Assembly (NCBI GenBank): GCA_041398325.1
Contig: JAWKUX010000014.1
Location: 20,596-84,595, forward strand
Length of the DNA stretch: 64,000 bases
Reading direction: 5' to 3'
DNA from: Hyphomonadaceae bacterium
GTDB lineage: Bacteria > Pseudomonadota > Alphaproteobacteria > Caulobacterales > Aquidulcibacteraceae
Part shown: one piece after another, positions 1 through 9,083 of the stretch
Layout of the letters: every line of letters starts with the position of its first letter
Numbering within the stretch: position 1 is the first letter of the stretch
Notes under the pieces: model-generated
The model's database searches: none
Told to the model about the DNA's origin: nothing
Seen by the model: the letters and a program-made list of their open reading frames with translations, nothing else
Program-made: the position numbers and the translations under genes

Positions 1-775
1 CGCCTCGATCACATGGCGCCAGTGGCTGCAAATGGTCGATGGGCTCGACTATCAGGAGAGCAGCGCAAACACCATCGAGGCCGGAAACGCGCGCATGCTG
101 TTCGGCGACGGCCGTCGCGACGTCATTCGCTGGGCCGCTGCCCGGCCGTTGATCCACGATCCTGGCACGCGCTGGAACTACACTTCGGCTGGCACGATGC
201 TGATTTCTGACGCACTGACGCGCGTTATCGTTCCGGATCCGCGCGATGCAAACGACCGCCGCGCGCGTATGCGTGCGTGGATGAACACGTCGCTGTTCGA
301 TCGTATCGGCATCCGCCCCGTCGTTGAGTTCGATCCGCAGGGCACATTCTACGGCAGCTCGCTCTATTGGATGACAGCGCGTGACTACGCGCGCTTCGGC
401 TATCTCTATCTCCGCGATGGCGTCTGGAACGGCGAGCGTGTGCTGCCTGAAGGTTGGGTCGATTTCGCCCGCACGCCGGGGCCCGACACGAGTACGGACG
501 TTTACGGCGCGCAATGGTGGTTGACGCCGCCCACCGGCACAGGCCGACCCGATCGCTCGCTGATTGTGAATCCTGACCTCCGCGATGCGTTTTCAGCGCA
601 GGGCTACGAAGGGCAGATCATTGTCGTCGTCCCGTCAAAGGATCTCGTCATGGTGCGGCTTGGCCGCTTTGACGGCGGCGCCGAAGCATGGAATGCGATG
701 GGTGACTGGGCGGGGCGCTTCATCGGCGCCTTCGGCGACCGCCCACAGCAACAGGGAGACGGCAATGTCCGATGA
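1..775 (+). CDS. Serine hydrolase, beta-lactamase-related family (C-terminal part; 5' end outside window)
   Basis: ORF 32..775 translation resembles the C-terminal region of PF00144-type beta-lactamase/esterase proteins. The reading frame is open to the window start. Confidence 0.5.
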   Translation, partial: ASITWRQWLQMVDGLDYQESSANTIEAGNARMLFGDGRRDVIRWAAARPLIHDPGTRWNYTSAGTMLISDALTRVIVPDPRDANDRRARMRAWMNTSLFDRIGIRPVVEFDPQGTFYGSSLYWMTARDYARFGYLYLRDGVWNGERVLPEGWVDFARTPGPDTSTDVYGAQWWLTPPTGTGRPDRSLIVNPDLRDAFSAQGYEGQIIVVVPSKDLVMVRLGRFDGGAEAWNAMGDWAGRFIGAFGDRPQQQGDGNVR

Positions 776-1049
776 TGGCCGCGATGTGAAGCTCGCTTGC
801 GCGAAGATGCTGAAGGATGCTGGCTACAAGTATCTCTCGGCGGAGCTTGAGTTCGGTTCGCTTTCCGGCTTGGCCAAGGATGAGCCGTTCTTCCTGCTGT
901 GCGGCCGGGATCGCTTGGCCCCAACCGCAATCAAATCGTGGATCGAAGCCGCGCGTATCTCAAACGTGCCCGATCACAAACTCGAACGCGCGCACGAGAC
1001 GATTGAAGCCATCGAAGGCTGGCCGGGTGAGCGGCACTATCCCGACTAG
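765..1049 (+). CDS. Hypothetical protein (94 aa)
   Basis: Internal ATG at 765 (MSDDGRDVKL...) preceded by AGGGAG. Overlaps the previous stop. Codon usage is consistent with the neighbourhood. Confidence 0.45.
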   Translation: MSDDGRDVKLACAKMLKDAGYKYLSAELEFGSLSGLAKDEPFFLLCGRDRLAPTAIKSWIEAARISNVPDHKLERAHETIEAIEGWPGERHYPD

Positions 1050-1061
1050 AGTTAGCGCGCG

Positions 1062-1481
1062 TTAGTGATACACGTCGCGCAGAGAAGCGTGGACGCGGTC
1101 GAGGTCTCTATAGAGATTGGACCGCACATCCGCATGGCGGCCACGTAGAGCCGTCGCGGCGAAAGCTGAGAGCTCGTGCGCCGCGTCGTGTTCGCCTTGG
1201 TGCAGTGCGAGCGTTGCAACCGCATTGGCGCGATCGGCAAGCTTGCCGGCGCCTTGGCCTTGAGCATCGAGAATACGCATGCGGAGTTGACGCAGCGCCG
1301 TGTTCAGCGGCGGCGGGTGGCCCGCATAGTCATAACGGCGGCGTTCGCGGATGCGCATGCCGCCAGGCTTGCGCCGGCGGTCAGGCCCGAAATAGCTATC
1401 GTGATCGACCCACAACATCTCACTCACATTGCCGCATTTTGCGGCTGGCGCTTTCTGCGTGGGCGGATCGTAGCGGAACAT
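1062..1481 (-). CDS. Hypothetical protein (139 aa)
   Basis: ATG-initiated sub-ORF (MFRYDPPTQK...) of the long 1062..2216 minus ORF. Lies downstream of GNAT/gluQ on the same strand. Confidence 0.4.
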   Translation of the reverse strand: MFRYDPPTQKAPAAKCGNVSEMLWVDHDSYFGPDRRRKPGGMRIRERRRYDYAGHPPPLNTALRQLRMRILDAQGQGAGKLADRANAVATLALHQGEHDAAHELSAFAATALRGRHADVRSNLYRDLDRVHASLRDVYH

Positions 1482-1540
1482 GCTTAGAGAAACGTGTTCG
1501 CAACCGCAAAATTCTACGCGCCGTGGTGAACGCGAATTAG

Positions 1541-2044
1541 CTATGTGAGGCGCCAAAATTCGTCTGCGCCCTCGGTGAAAGCGTGGCGAAAACCGAGCCG
1601 CTGCACGACGGCTTTCGATGCGTCGTTCTGAATGTCGATTGTGGCTTTGAACGCCAGAGCGCCTCGCATTCGCAGATGATCCATCATCGCCCGAACAGCT
1701 TCGGTGGCGTAGCCGCGGCCCCAAGCGCGTGGATCGAAGATGTAGCCTACCGAAGCGGCGTGGTGTTGGTCGACAGTGGCTTCGATAGTGCCGAGCGGAG
1801 CGCCGTCGTCGCGTCGCCAGACCGTCCAATTGAGCCATTGGTCCAGCCGGTTTGGCGCAGTTTCCTGCATCACGCGCGCGAACCGGGTCTCCACATCGGC
1901 GACGCTCGCCGGTGTCTTGTGGGGGACGTAGCGGTACATTTCGGGATGTCGCAGCGCTTCGAACATCGCTGCCGCGTCTTCGACGCGCGTGCGCCGCAGT
2001 TCGAGGCGCTGCGTGAAGAGCGGTTCGCGCGCGACGTCGAGCAT
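1541..2044 (-). CDS. GNAT family N-acetyltransferase (RimJ/RimL-like)
   Basis: 167 aa with an acetyl-CoA binding-like motif region (QRLGFRHAF...). Its start ATG overlaps the gluQ stop (ATGA). Confidence 0.8.
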   Translation of the reverse strand: MLDVAREPLFTQRLELRRTRVEDAAAMFEALRHPEMYRYVPHKTPASVADVETRFARVMQETAPNRLDQWLNWTVWRRDDGAPLGTIEATVDQHHAASVGYIFDPRAWGRGYATEAVRAMMDHLRMRGALAFKATIDIQNDASKAVVQRLGFRHAFTEGADEFWRLT

Positions 2045-2874
2045 CAGAGACCAAGCATGGTGCGCACGTCCGCGGAGGTCTTGCCGCTTTCACGGAGCGC
2101 GCGAAGCGTGGTCGCTTGGTCGCGCTTGGCGAGGCGCTTGCCGTCTTCACCAAGGATGAGGCGGTGGTGGCGATAGACGGGCTGCGGCAGGTCAAGCAAC
2201 TTCTGCAGCAGCACATGCAGGTGCGCCGCCTCGCGCAGATCTTCGCCGCGCACGACGTGCGTCACGCCTTGTAGCGCATCGTCCCACACCGATGCGAGGT
2301 GATAGCTCGTGCCGAAATCCTTGCGCGCAAGCACGACATCGCCGTGGCGTTCCGGCTCTGCTCGTACCGGGCCAGTCTCATCTTCGAATACGAGGGCGAA
2401 GTAGCTTGGCCCAAGCGCGGCGCGAGCCTTCTTCAACGAGAGCCGCCAAGCGTAAGGCTCGCCCGCCCTGAGCTTCGCCGCTTCTTCCTCAGGCGGCAGC
2501 GCTTCGCCGCGAAACGCTTCTTCAGCCTCGCCATGCGGCGCAGACGCGATGGCTTCGGCGATTTCCTTGCGCGTTCGGAAGCAGCGGTAGACGAGCTGGC
2601 GATCAATCAGGCCTTGCAGCGCACTCTCGTAGTCGGCCATGTGCTCGGATTGCCGGCGCACAGGTTCTTCCCAGCTTATGCCCAGCCACGTGAGGTCTTC
2701 GTAGATTGCGGACTCGAACTCCGATCGCGCGCGGCCTTGATCGATGTCTTCGATACGCAACACAAAGCGGCCGCCCGCCGCTTGCGCGGCATCGAACGCC
2801 GTCAGCGCCGAGAAGGCGTGGCCGAGGTGCAGGTGGCCTGTGGGCGAGGGCGCGAAGCGGGTGACGAAACTCAT
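2044..2874 (-). CDS. gluQ: Glutamyl-Q tRNA(Asp) synthetase
   Basis: Starts MSFVTRFAPSPTGHLHLGHA (HIGH motif). Truncated GluRS-like catalytic domain of ~276 aa. ATG verified at 2872-2874. Confidence 0.9.
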   Translation of the reverse strand: MSFVTRFAPSPTGHLHLGHAFSALTAFDAAQAAGGRFVLRIEDIDQGRARSEFESAIYEDLTWLGISWEEPVRRQSEHMADYESALQGLIDRQLVYRCFRTRKEIAEAIASAPHGEAEEAFRGEALPPEEEAAKLRAGEPYAWRLSLKKARAALGPSYFALVFEDETGPVRAEPERHGDVVLARKDFGTSYHLASVWDDALQGVTHVVRGEDLREAAHLHVLLQKLLDLPQPVYRHHRLILGEDGKRLAKRDQATTLRALRESGKTSADVRTMLGL

Positions 2875-2922
2875 GTGGGTCAAGGCTACCGTTCGCGCGT
2901 GCGAGCCGCTACCTAGCGCTTC

Positions 2923-3600
2923 ATGACGGTGTTTCTCGATGGTCCCCGGATGCCGCCCAAGCGCGGTGGCAAGCCGGATTCGCTGGTGATTTTCCTGCAC
3001 GGCTACGGCTCGAACGGCGCAGATCTCATTTCGCTTGCGCCGTATTGGGCTGACTTGCTGCCGGGGACGGCGTTCGTTGCGCCGAACGCAATCGAGCCGG
3101 TCGCGATGGCGCCGGGCGGCTATCAGTGGTTTCCGATTTCGAGTCTCGATCCGCACATGATGGAGCAGGGCGTCAGAGGCGCTGCGCAATCGGTGGATCG
3201 CTTCATCGATCGCGAGCTGGAGAAATACGGCCTGACGCCAGATCGATTGGCGCTCGTTGGCTTCAGCCAGGGCACAATGATGGCGCTGCATGTCGGCTTG
3301 CGCCGGGAGAGTCAGATCGCCGGCATTCTTGGCTTTTCCGGCGTGCTCGTCGGGGCGCGCACTCTGAAGGAGCAGATGCGCTCCAAACCGCCGGTTCTGC
3401 TTATCCACGGCGATCGTGATCCAACCATTCCGGTCCCGGCGCTATTCGACTCGGCGGAAGCGTTGGCGACCGCCGATCACGGCGCCCAGTGGCACATCTC
3501 GTACGGAATACCGCATTCGATTGGCCCAGATGGGCTTGAACTGGGTGGCGAGTTCCTCGCCATGTACTTGAAAACTAAGGGGCTCGTCGGCGGCAGCTGA
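2923..3600 (+). CDS. Phospholipase/carboxylesterase family alpha/beta hydrolase
   Basis: 225 aa with GFSQG nucleophile elbow and LHGYGSNG oxyanion region. ATG at 2923. Confidence 0.8.
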   Translation: MTVFLDGPRMPPKRGGKPDSLVIFLHGYGSNGADLISLAPYWADLLPGTAFVAPNAIEPVAMAPGGYQWFPISSLDPHMMEQGVRGAAQSVDRFIDRELEKYGLTPDRLALVGFSQGTMMALHVGLRRESQIAGILGFSGVLVGARTLKEQMRSKPPVLLIHGDRDPTIPVPALFDSAEALATADHGAQWHISYGIPHSIGPDGLELGGEFLAMYLKTKGLVGGS

Positions 3601-3776
3601 GGATTTTCGGCCACGTGGCCGGAGTGTCACGAACCTGTCGCCGCAAATCAGGTAATGCTTGTTCGCGTCGGGCTAGGCCCATGTGCTATAGTGCGACGCA
3701 GAAGGAGAGACGTCTTCAGTCCACTGAACGTGATCCGCCACCAAGTCCTTGAGCGGCTGCACTGGAGCGGCCGCCA

Positions 3777-4337
3777 ATGAACGTTTCCAGCGCCCCTATC
3801 GCGGGTTTTCCGGCGCTGGTGCTCAACGCCGATTTCCGCCCGCTGTCGTATTATCCGTTGTCGTTGTGGCCGTGGCAGGAAGCGGTGAAGGCCGTCTTCC
3901 TTGAACGCGTCGATGTGGTCGCGCACTACGATCACGTGATCCATTCGCCATCGATGGAAATGCGGCTGCCGAGCGTGATCTCGCTGCGCGACTTCGTGCA
4001 CCAGGATCGCCCTCCGGCGTTCACACGCTTCAATGTCTTCCTGCGCGACGGCTTCTCTTGCCAGTATTGCGGATCGCCGGACGATCTGACGTTCGACCAC
4101 GTGCTGCCGCGCTCGAAGGGCGGGCGGACGACGTGGGAGAACATCGTCACCGCGTGTGCTCCGTGCAATCTGCGCAAGGGCGGCAAATACGTGCAGCACT
4201 CCGGCATGCGTCCGTTCCGGCGTCCGCGCCGGCCGACGATGCATGAGCTGCAACATGTTGGCCGCCGCTTCCCGCCTCACCACCTGCACGAAAGCTGGAT
4301 GGATTACCTGTATTGGGACGTCGAGTTGGACGCCTAG
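3777..4337 (+). CDS. HNH endonuclease
   Basis: CQYCGSPDDLTFDHVLPRSKGGRTTWENIVTACAPCNLRKGG = HNH motif. 186 aa. Confidence 0.85.
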   Translation: MNVSSAPIAGFPALVLNADFRPLSYYPLSLWPWQEAVKAVFLERVDVVAHYDHVIHSPSMEMRLPSVISLRDFVHQDRPPAFTRFNVFLRDGFSCQYCGSPDDLTFDHVLPRSKGGRTTWENIVTACAPCNLRKGGKYVQHSGMRPFRRPRRPTMHELQHVGRRFPPHHLHESWMDYLYWDVELDA

Positions 4338-4343
4338 CGCTGC

Positions 4344-4544
4344 TCAGCGCAGCGCGGTGTCGCGTTCCATCCGCACCCCGTCGGGCGTAGCGCAGAAGCC
4401 ATTGCCGATCTGCTCCAGACGAGCGCCGACCGCGAACTCAAGCTTGGCTCGCGCGGTGTAGACGGTGGCGCGTATCGGTGGGTCGATGGTGGCGCCCACG
4501 ACCCAAGCGGCGGCGGCGATTGCGAGTGCTTGTGCGACGCTCAT
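4344..4544 (-). CDS. Hypothetical small protein (66 aa)
   Basis: ORF-only evidence. Lies downstream of the flp pilin gene on the same strand. Confidence 0.3.
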   Translation of the reverse strand: MSVAQALAIAAAAWVVGATIDPPIRATVYTARAKLEFAVGARLEQIGNGFCATPDGVRMERDTALR

Positions 4545-4622
4545 ATCCCTGGCTCCCTCGGCCAGGGTGTCTAGTGCCCGTTCTTTGCGCCTGTTCGTCG
4601 GCGCTGAAACAAAGCTGAAATG

Positions 4623-4781
4623 TTAGCCGAGGCTGGCAGCCGCTTCGTTGAAGGTGCCGTCCAGGGACTGGCCGACAGCGCCGACGGCGCCGATGATCAC
4701 CAGACCGATGAGCGAAGCAATGAGGGCGTATTCGATCGCGGTCGCGCCGCGCTCGTCGCGGAGAAAGCGGAGGAGGGTCAT
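4623..4781 (-). CDS. Flp/Fap family type IVb pilin
   Basis: 52 aa: MTLLRFLRDERGATAIEYALIASLIGLVIIGAVGAVG... This is the classic Flp motif (G-ATAIEY-LI). The start ATG overlaps the mutT stop (ATGA). Confidence 0.75.
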   Translation of the reverse strand: MTLLRFLRDERGATAIEYALIASLIGLVIIGAVGAVGQSLDGTFNEAAASLG

Positions 4782-5218
4782 GCGGCGTTCCGTTCGATCA
4801 GGCGGTTGACAAGAACCACATCGGCCGGCGGCATCTCGTGCGTGCGCAGCTCCTGCGGTTGAATCCATTTTGCGGCTTGAGCGGAATTGGGGTCGAGTTT
4901 CATTACGCCCTGCCACTTGGTCGCGACATAGAGCGGCATCAGAAGATGGAAATCCGGATACGCGTGTGAAGCAAACGCGAACGGATCGAGAGCATCGGGC
5001 TCTACCAGCAAATCCAGCTCCTCTTTCAGCTCCCGAACGAGTGCCTGCTCGGGCGCCTCTCCCAATTCGACCTTGCCGCCGGGAAATTCCCAGAGGCCGC
5101 CGAGTTGCTTGTGCGAGGGCCGCTGCGTGATCAGCACACGGCCCGATGAATCCAGCAACGCGGCAGCTGCAACCAAGAGCAGGCGCCGCGATGAGGGGGC
5201 ACTATCGCTGGTTTGCAT
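4778..5218 (-). CDS. mutT: NUDIX hydrolase (MutT-like 8-oxo-dGTP diphosphatase)
   Basis: Nudix box GGKVELGEAPEQALVRELKEELDL. 146 aa. Confidence 0.85.
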   Translation of the reverse strand: MQTSDSAPSSRRLLLVAAAALLDSSGRVLITQRPSHKQLGGLWEFPGGKVELGEAPEQALVRELKEELDLLVEPDALDPFAFASHAYPDFHLLMPLYVATKWQGVMKLDPNSAQAAKWIQPQELRTHEMPPADVVLVNRLIERNAA

Positions 5219-5322
5219 GAATATCCGGTGAGAAGAGGTGGTTGATGTGCGTTAAGCACAACAACTCCTTGCGCCGTTGGCAAGCCTTCTTCGTGCGGTG
5301 TCGTCTGCAGACTGGCCGGCGC

Positions 5323-5898
5323 TCATCCCGCCGCGTCGTAGGCCTTCTTCACGTAAGCGATGAGCTTGTCGTCGATCTCGTCGGCGCTTGTGAGCGGGAC
5401 GATGTATTGGCACATGCCGCCGGGCGGGACAGGCTTTACGCGCGTGTCTTTGATGTCGTCCTTGAGGTTCAGGCCCAGCTCGAAACGGTCGTTGGTCTTC
5501 GGCCCAAGCATCGCGAATTGCTTCTTGCGGCGCAGCGAAACGTAACCCTTCTTCGGCGCGATCTCGTGGTCGCCGAATTTCGAAATCGCTTTCATCAGCT
5601 TCTCGTGGATAGGGCGCAGGTGCTCTTTCTTACCGCTGTAGATCTCGGCCAGCACGTCGTTCGTACTCGCTCCGGCGGCCTTCGCGGCGCTGGCGCCATC
5701 TGACTTGAGCGCGGTGTGCGTGAGCGTGTTCGCGTCGCCATGGCCGAGGCCGTAGGTCTCCATCAGCCAAGCGCGGATTTCGCCGTGCTTGGAGAACCCG
5801 GATTTCTTGATGGCGGCGGTGAGCTGGGTCAGCGACTTGCCTGTCTTCTTCTCGATGTTGGCGAGCTGCGTGGCGAGCGCTTTGTCCATGTCGGCCAT
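5323..5898 (-). CDS. DUF4287/DUF5655 domain protein
   Basis: Start MADMDKALATQLANIEKKTGKSL with a GGGGAAG RBS. Family call from sequence memory. Confidence 0.55.
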   Translation of the reverse strand: MADMDKALATQLANIEKKTGKSLTQLTAAIKKSGFSKHGEIRAWLMETYGLGHGDANTLTHTALKSDGASAAKAAGASTNDVLAEIYSGKKEHLRPIHEKLMKAISKFGDHEIAPKKGYVSLRRKKQFAMLGPKTNDRFELGLNLKDDIKDTRVKPVPPGGMCQYIVPLTSADEIDDKLIAYVKKAYDAAG

Positions 5899-6008
5899 TT
5901 GAGCTTCCCCTTCGGGCTGACTATGACTTGTTTGAACGATCAATCAAGAGTAAAGCGATAACGGTGCTGGCTTCATCGGAGTGATCGGAGATCGCACCGT
6001 TGAGTGTC

Positions 6009-6876
6009 TCAGCGATCGCCTACTATGGCTCGGATTGCGGCGGCGACCTCCGCGGCGGCAGTGATCGGCGTCCAGTGTCCGTGGTTGCCGAGCACGTCGA
6101 GCGAGGTCGCGCCTTCGAACGCGGCCGCCCAACGCGACGGGATGTAGGGATCGTTGCGGCCCCACACGACACGCACGGGTCGCTGCGCGATCAGGCGCGC
6201 CCGCATTTCGTCGACGCCATCGAAGAATGCGGGCGCCAGCATTTCGCGGAACAACCGCAACGTCGATCGCTTCGACTTTCCGTCGAGCGCGAACTCGCGG
6301 CGCATGCGATCAAGATCTGCCGCCGGAAGCTCGGGCGAGGCTCGCCCGAATGCGCGAGCGAACAGGCCGCCGCCAAACAGGCCGATCGCCGCCATCCCCA
6401 TGTTCGCACGCAGCCTGCCCATGGTCCCGTCGCTCGCCCACGTTCTGGCCACGGAAACCACGAAATCCTTCGAACGCGACCGTGTTGGTCACGACGATCC
6501 CACGCACGCGTACAAGGCGCTCGGCCGCCCAGGGCACTCCGATGATCCCGCCTATGTCATGCACGACGAGCACCACAGGCTCGCGCACGTTGAGCGCATC
6601 GAGGACCGCGTCAACGAACGCGACGAGGTTGGAGCGCGCGAACGAGAACGCCGCGTCAGGTTCGTCACAAGCGCCGAGTCCGGGAAGGTCAGGGGCGATT
6701 GTTCGATATCCCGGACCAAGCCGCTCGATCACCCCGTGCCATTCCGTTGCGCTGTCAGGGCTGCCGTGCAGCAGCAGCACAGGTACATCGTCGGCGCGGC
6801 CGCCCGCGAGCGCGCTGTCGAGGACGCGGGTGCGCAGCCCCACGCCGGGAAGGGAGACGTGGCGCTCATGTATCAA
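6009..6876 (-). pseudogene. Alpha/beta hydrolase fold protein, interrupted by a frameshift near 6440-6470
   Basis: The N-terminal half (ORF 6310..6876: HGSPDS..., VVHDIGG nucleophile region) and the C-terminal half (ORF 6009..6461) are in different frames. A single-nucleotide indel is implied. Confidence 0.55.
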
Positions 6877-6893
6877 TGCTCTCGTCCTTTTAC

Positions 6894-6910
6894 ATACATA
6901 CCGTATGTAT
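6894..6910. promoter_or_regulatory. Perfect 8-1-8 palindrome ATACATAC-C-GTATGTAT in the divergent hydrolase/TetR intergenic region (candidate TetR operator)
   Basis: Seen directly. Lies ~30 bp upstream of the TetR GTG start and just upstream of the hydrolase start. Confidence 0.35.
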
Positions 6911-6939
6911 ATTTATTGACCGAAGGAGTCGTCAAGAGC

Positions 6940-7551
6940 GTGCCAGCCCGTTATATGGGGCGCGTGGCTCGGCGCACGCAGCAAGAAGCAGACGCGACTC
7001 GCCGTGCCCTCCTGAAGGCGGGCCGGGCGCTGTTCGCGCGCGAAGGCTTCGACGCCGTGTCCGCCGACGCGATCGCGGCCGAGGCTGGGGTCACGCGCGG
7101 CGCACTACACCACCACTTCGAGGGCAAGCCCGGTCTGTTCCGCGCCGTGCTTGAGGAGACGATGGCCGAAGTTGCGTCGCGGCTTGTTGCGGCGACTGAG
7201 GGCGCCCACGATCCACTGGATGCCCTTGAGCGCGGCCTGCTCGCATTCCTCGAGACTGTTCCAAAGCCCACATACCTTCGCATCCTGCTCGTCGATGGAC
7301 CCGCCGTGCTCGGTTGGCACGAGTGGCGAGCGATCGATCTACGCCACGGCCTCGGCCTCGTGCGCGGCGCTCTCCAGGCTGCCGCTCATGCCGGCCGCCT
7401 GCGGGTCTCGGACGTCGAGGCAACGAGCCACATCCTCGCCGGCGCGCTCGTTGACGCCGCTATGCTCATTGCCGCTCACCCCCGCGACCGACGCCTCCGC
7501 GCCGACGTTGCTCAGACCATCAGCGCTTTGCTTCGCGGCTTGAGCCGCTGA
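6940..7551 (+). CDS. TetR/AcrR family transcriptional regulator
   Basis: N-terminal HTH (RRALLKAGRALFAREGFDAVSADAIAAEAGVTRGALHHHF). GTG start at 6940 with GAAGGAG 11 nt upstream. Confidence 0.8.
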   Translation: MPARYMGRVARRTQQEADATRRALLKAGRALFAREGFDAVSADAIAAEAGVTRGALHHHFEGKPGLFRAVLEETMAEVASRLVAATEGAHDPLDALERGLLAFLETVPKPTYLRILLVDGPAVLGWHEWRAIDLRHGLGLVRGALQAAAHAGRLRVSDVEATSHILAGALVDAAMLIAAHPRDRRLRADVAQTISALLRGLSR

Positions 7552-8118
7552 TCGTCCTCCAACCCCCTGGTTGAAAGCCAGTTGGTCTAGCTCAGATAGT
7601 CGCGTTGAACTCGGTTCCGCGCGGCCGAGGAGGAGGCATGCGTCATCCTTGTTGCGCTTGCGCGCCAAAAGTGGAGGGCGGGACGCGATGGCTCTCGTCT
7701 GACAAGTTGCGCCATTGCTGGCGCATGAGCGACGCGAACCATCGCGTCCCGTGATTGGCTTACAGCGGCTCGGCACGTGGAGGTTTTTCACTCCCTTGGC
7801 GCGATCGCCGACGGCGTGCGGGTCGTGCGCTGATTTGCACGGCCCCGGTGTTTCTTCCCGCGCTTTTGGTTTCCCGCGGGCTTCTGCTCTTCTGCGCCTA
7901 TGCATCGGAGCTTCACGCTCAATCACCTCACTCTCGCATCGGTAGATCAGCGGCCGACTGCCCTCCAGCGGAGTGATGGGCGCAAGTGTAAGGGCGTTGC
8001 GGAGGTGTGGGATAGATTTTTGCGGAAGCGCGGATTTTTAAGGCGCGGAGGGCGGCGGAGGCGGGGATAGGCGTCCGCTTTTCGCCGATAGGCGACATCC
8101 AACACTAAGCTTGTACGT

Positions 8119-8997
8119 TCACTCGAGCGGAGGTGCGATGTCGTTGGTTGGAACGGACCTAAGCGTCAAGCCGCCAAGCCGTTTGGCGCGGACGTACTCG
8201 CGAGGAGTTAGACCGGTCATGCTTCGAAATTCCCTCGTCGCATGCGGCTGATCTGCATAGGCGACTGGTGTTTCGGCGTGGGGATCTGCCTCCCACGGCA
8301 TATCGTGAAGCTGGCGTATTGTGCGATCGACCCGAACAGCACGCTGGTAGACCTTCGGCGCCACACCGTAGAGATCAGCAAACACGCGGCGATATTGACG
8401 CGATGATAGATTCGCGGCCGCCGCAGCGCGTGAAACTGCTCCGCTCTCAACCGTCGCCAAGATATCGAGCGTCGGTGCAAGCGGGTCAGGTTCAGATTCT
8501 TGAAAGAACGCGCGCAGGACAATCGCTGCACGAGTACGCCAAGCTTCAAATGTTTCACTTGCCCTGGGCTCAAGTGTTTCGGCCAGCACAGGCTGCACTT
8601 CTCGAAGGTCCAAGACGCCATCCACGAGCTGCGACGCGGGGCGCTGGCTAATCCGCCTCAGGCCGGCGGCGGACAATCCGACCGCAAATGCCTTGATCCG
8701 CCCGGCGGCGAAACCATAACACCAGTGATATCTTGGGCCCCATAAAGCTATGCGCGGCAGGCGCTTCCATCCAGCATCAGGGCTGGCCTCTCGCAGCCAA
8801 TAGGACTGATCTAACATGATCTGAATCGAAAATCTGACCTCGGGAAGGACACGAACAACTTGTGGCCCTGGATCTTCGTCGCGATGCACGAAGCCAAACA
8901 AATTGCCCGCGAGCTCGGCGGGGGGATGGCTCAGAACCAGCGCACCTCGCGCAATGTCCGATTTCTTCAAGCCCGTACGCGTAGGGTCGGCTACCAT
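8119..8997 (-). CDS. AraC family transcriptional regulator
   Basis: C-terminal AraC HTH (SSRQYRRVFADLYGVAPKVYQRAVR...EFRSMTGLTPREYVR). Start assigned to the ATG at 8995-8997 to avoid overlap with the divergent gene. Confidence 0.7.
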   Translation of the reverse strand: MVADPTRTGLKKSDIARGALVLSHPPAELAGNLFGFVHRDEDPGPQVVRVLPEVRFSIQIMLDQSYWLREASPDAGWKRLPRIALWGPRYHWCYGFAAGRIKAFAVGLSAAGLRRISQRPASQLVDGVLDLREVQPVLAETLEPRASETFEAWRTRAAIVLRAFFQESEPDPLAPTLDILATVESGAVSRAAAAANLSSRQYRRVFADLYGVAPKVYQRAVRVDRTIRQLHDMPWEADPHAETPVAYADQPHATREFRSMTGLTPREYVRAKRLGGLTLRSVPTNDIAPPLE

Positions 8998-9083
8998 TGG
9001 CAGGAGCTTGCAAGCCGGGAGGACATCAGATTCATAGCGAACAATCGTCCCAGCTGTCTCGATGGCAGGCGAGCGCCACCGCT

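Noticed and set aside
1062-2216. 384-aa minus-strand ORF spanning the GNAT gene region
   Set aside because: Arg/Ala-rich with high-GC composition. It overlaps the well-supported GNAT acetyltransferase in another frame. Only its 3' portion (1062..1481, ATG start) was kept, as a low-confidence hypothetical.
7339-7926. 195-aa Arg-rich minus ORF in the TetR/AraC convergent gap
   Set aside because: Composition-driven ORF with no RBS and no recognisable domain. It overlaps the TetR 3' end.
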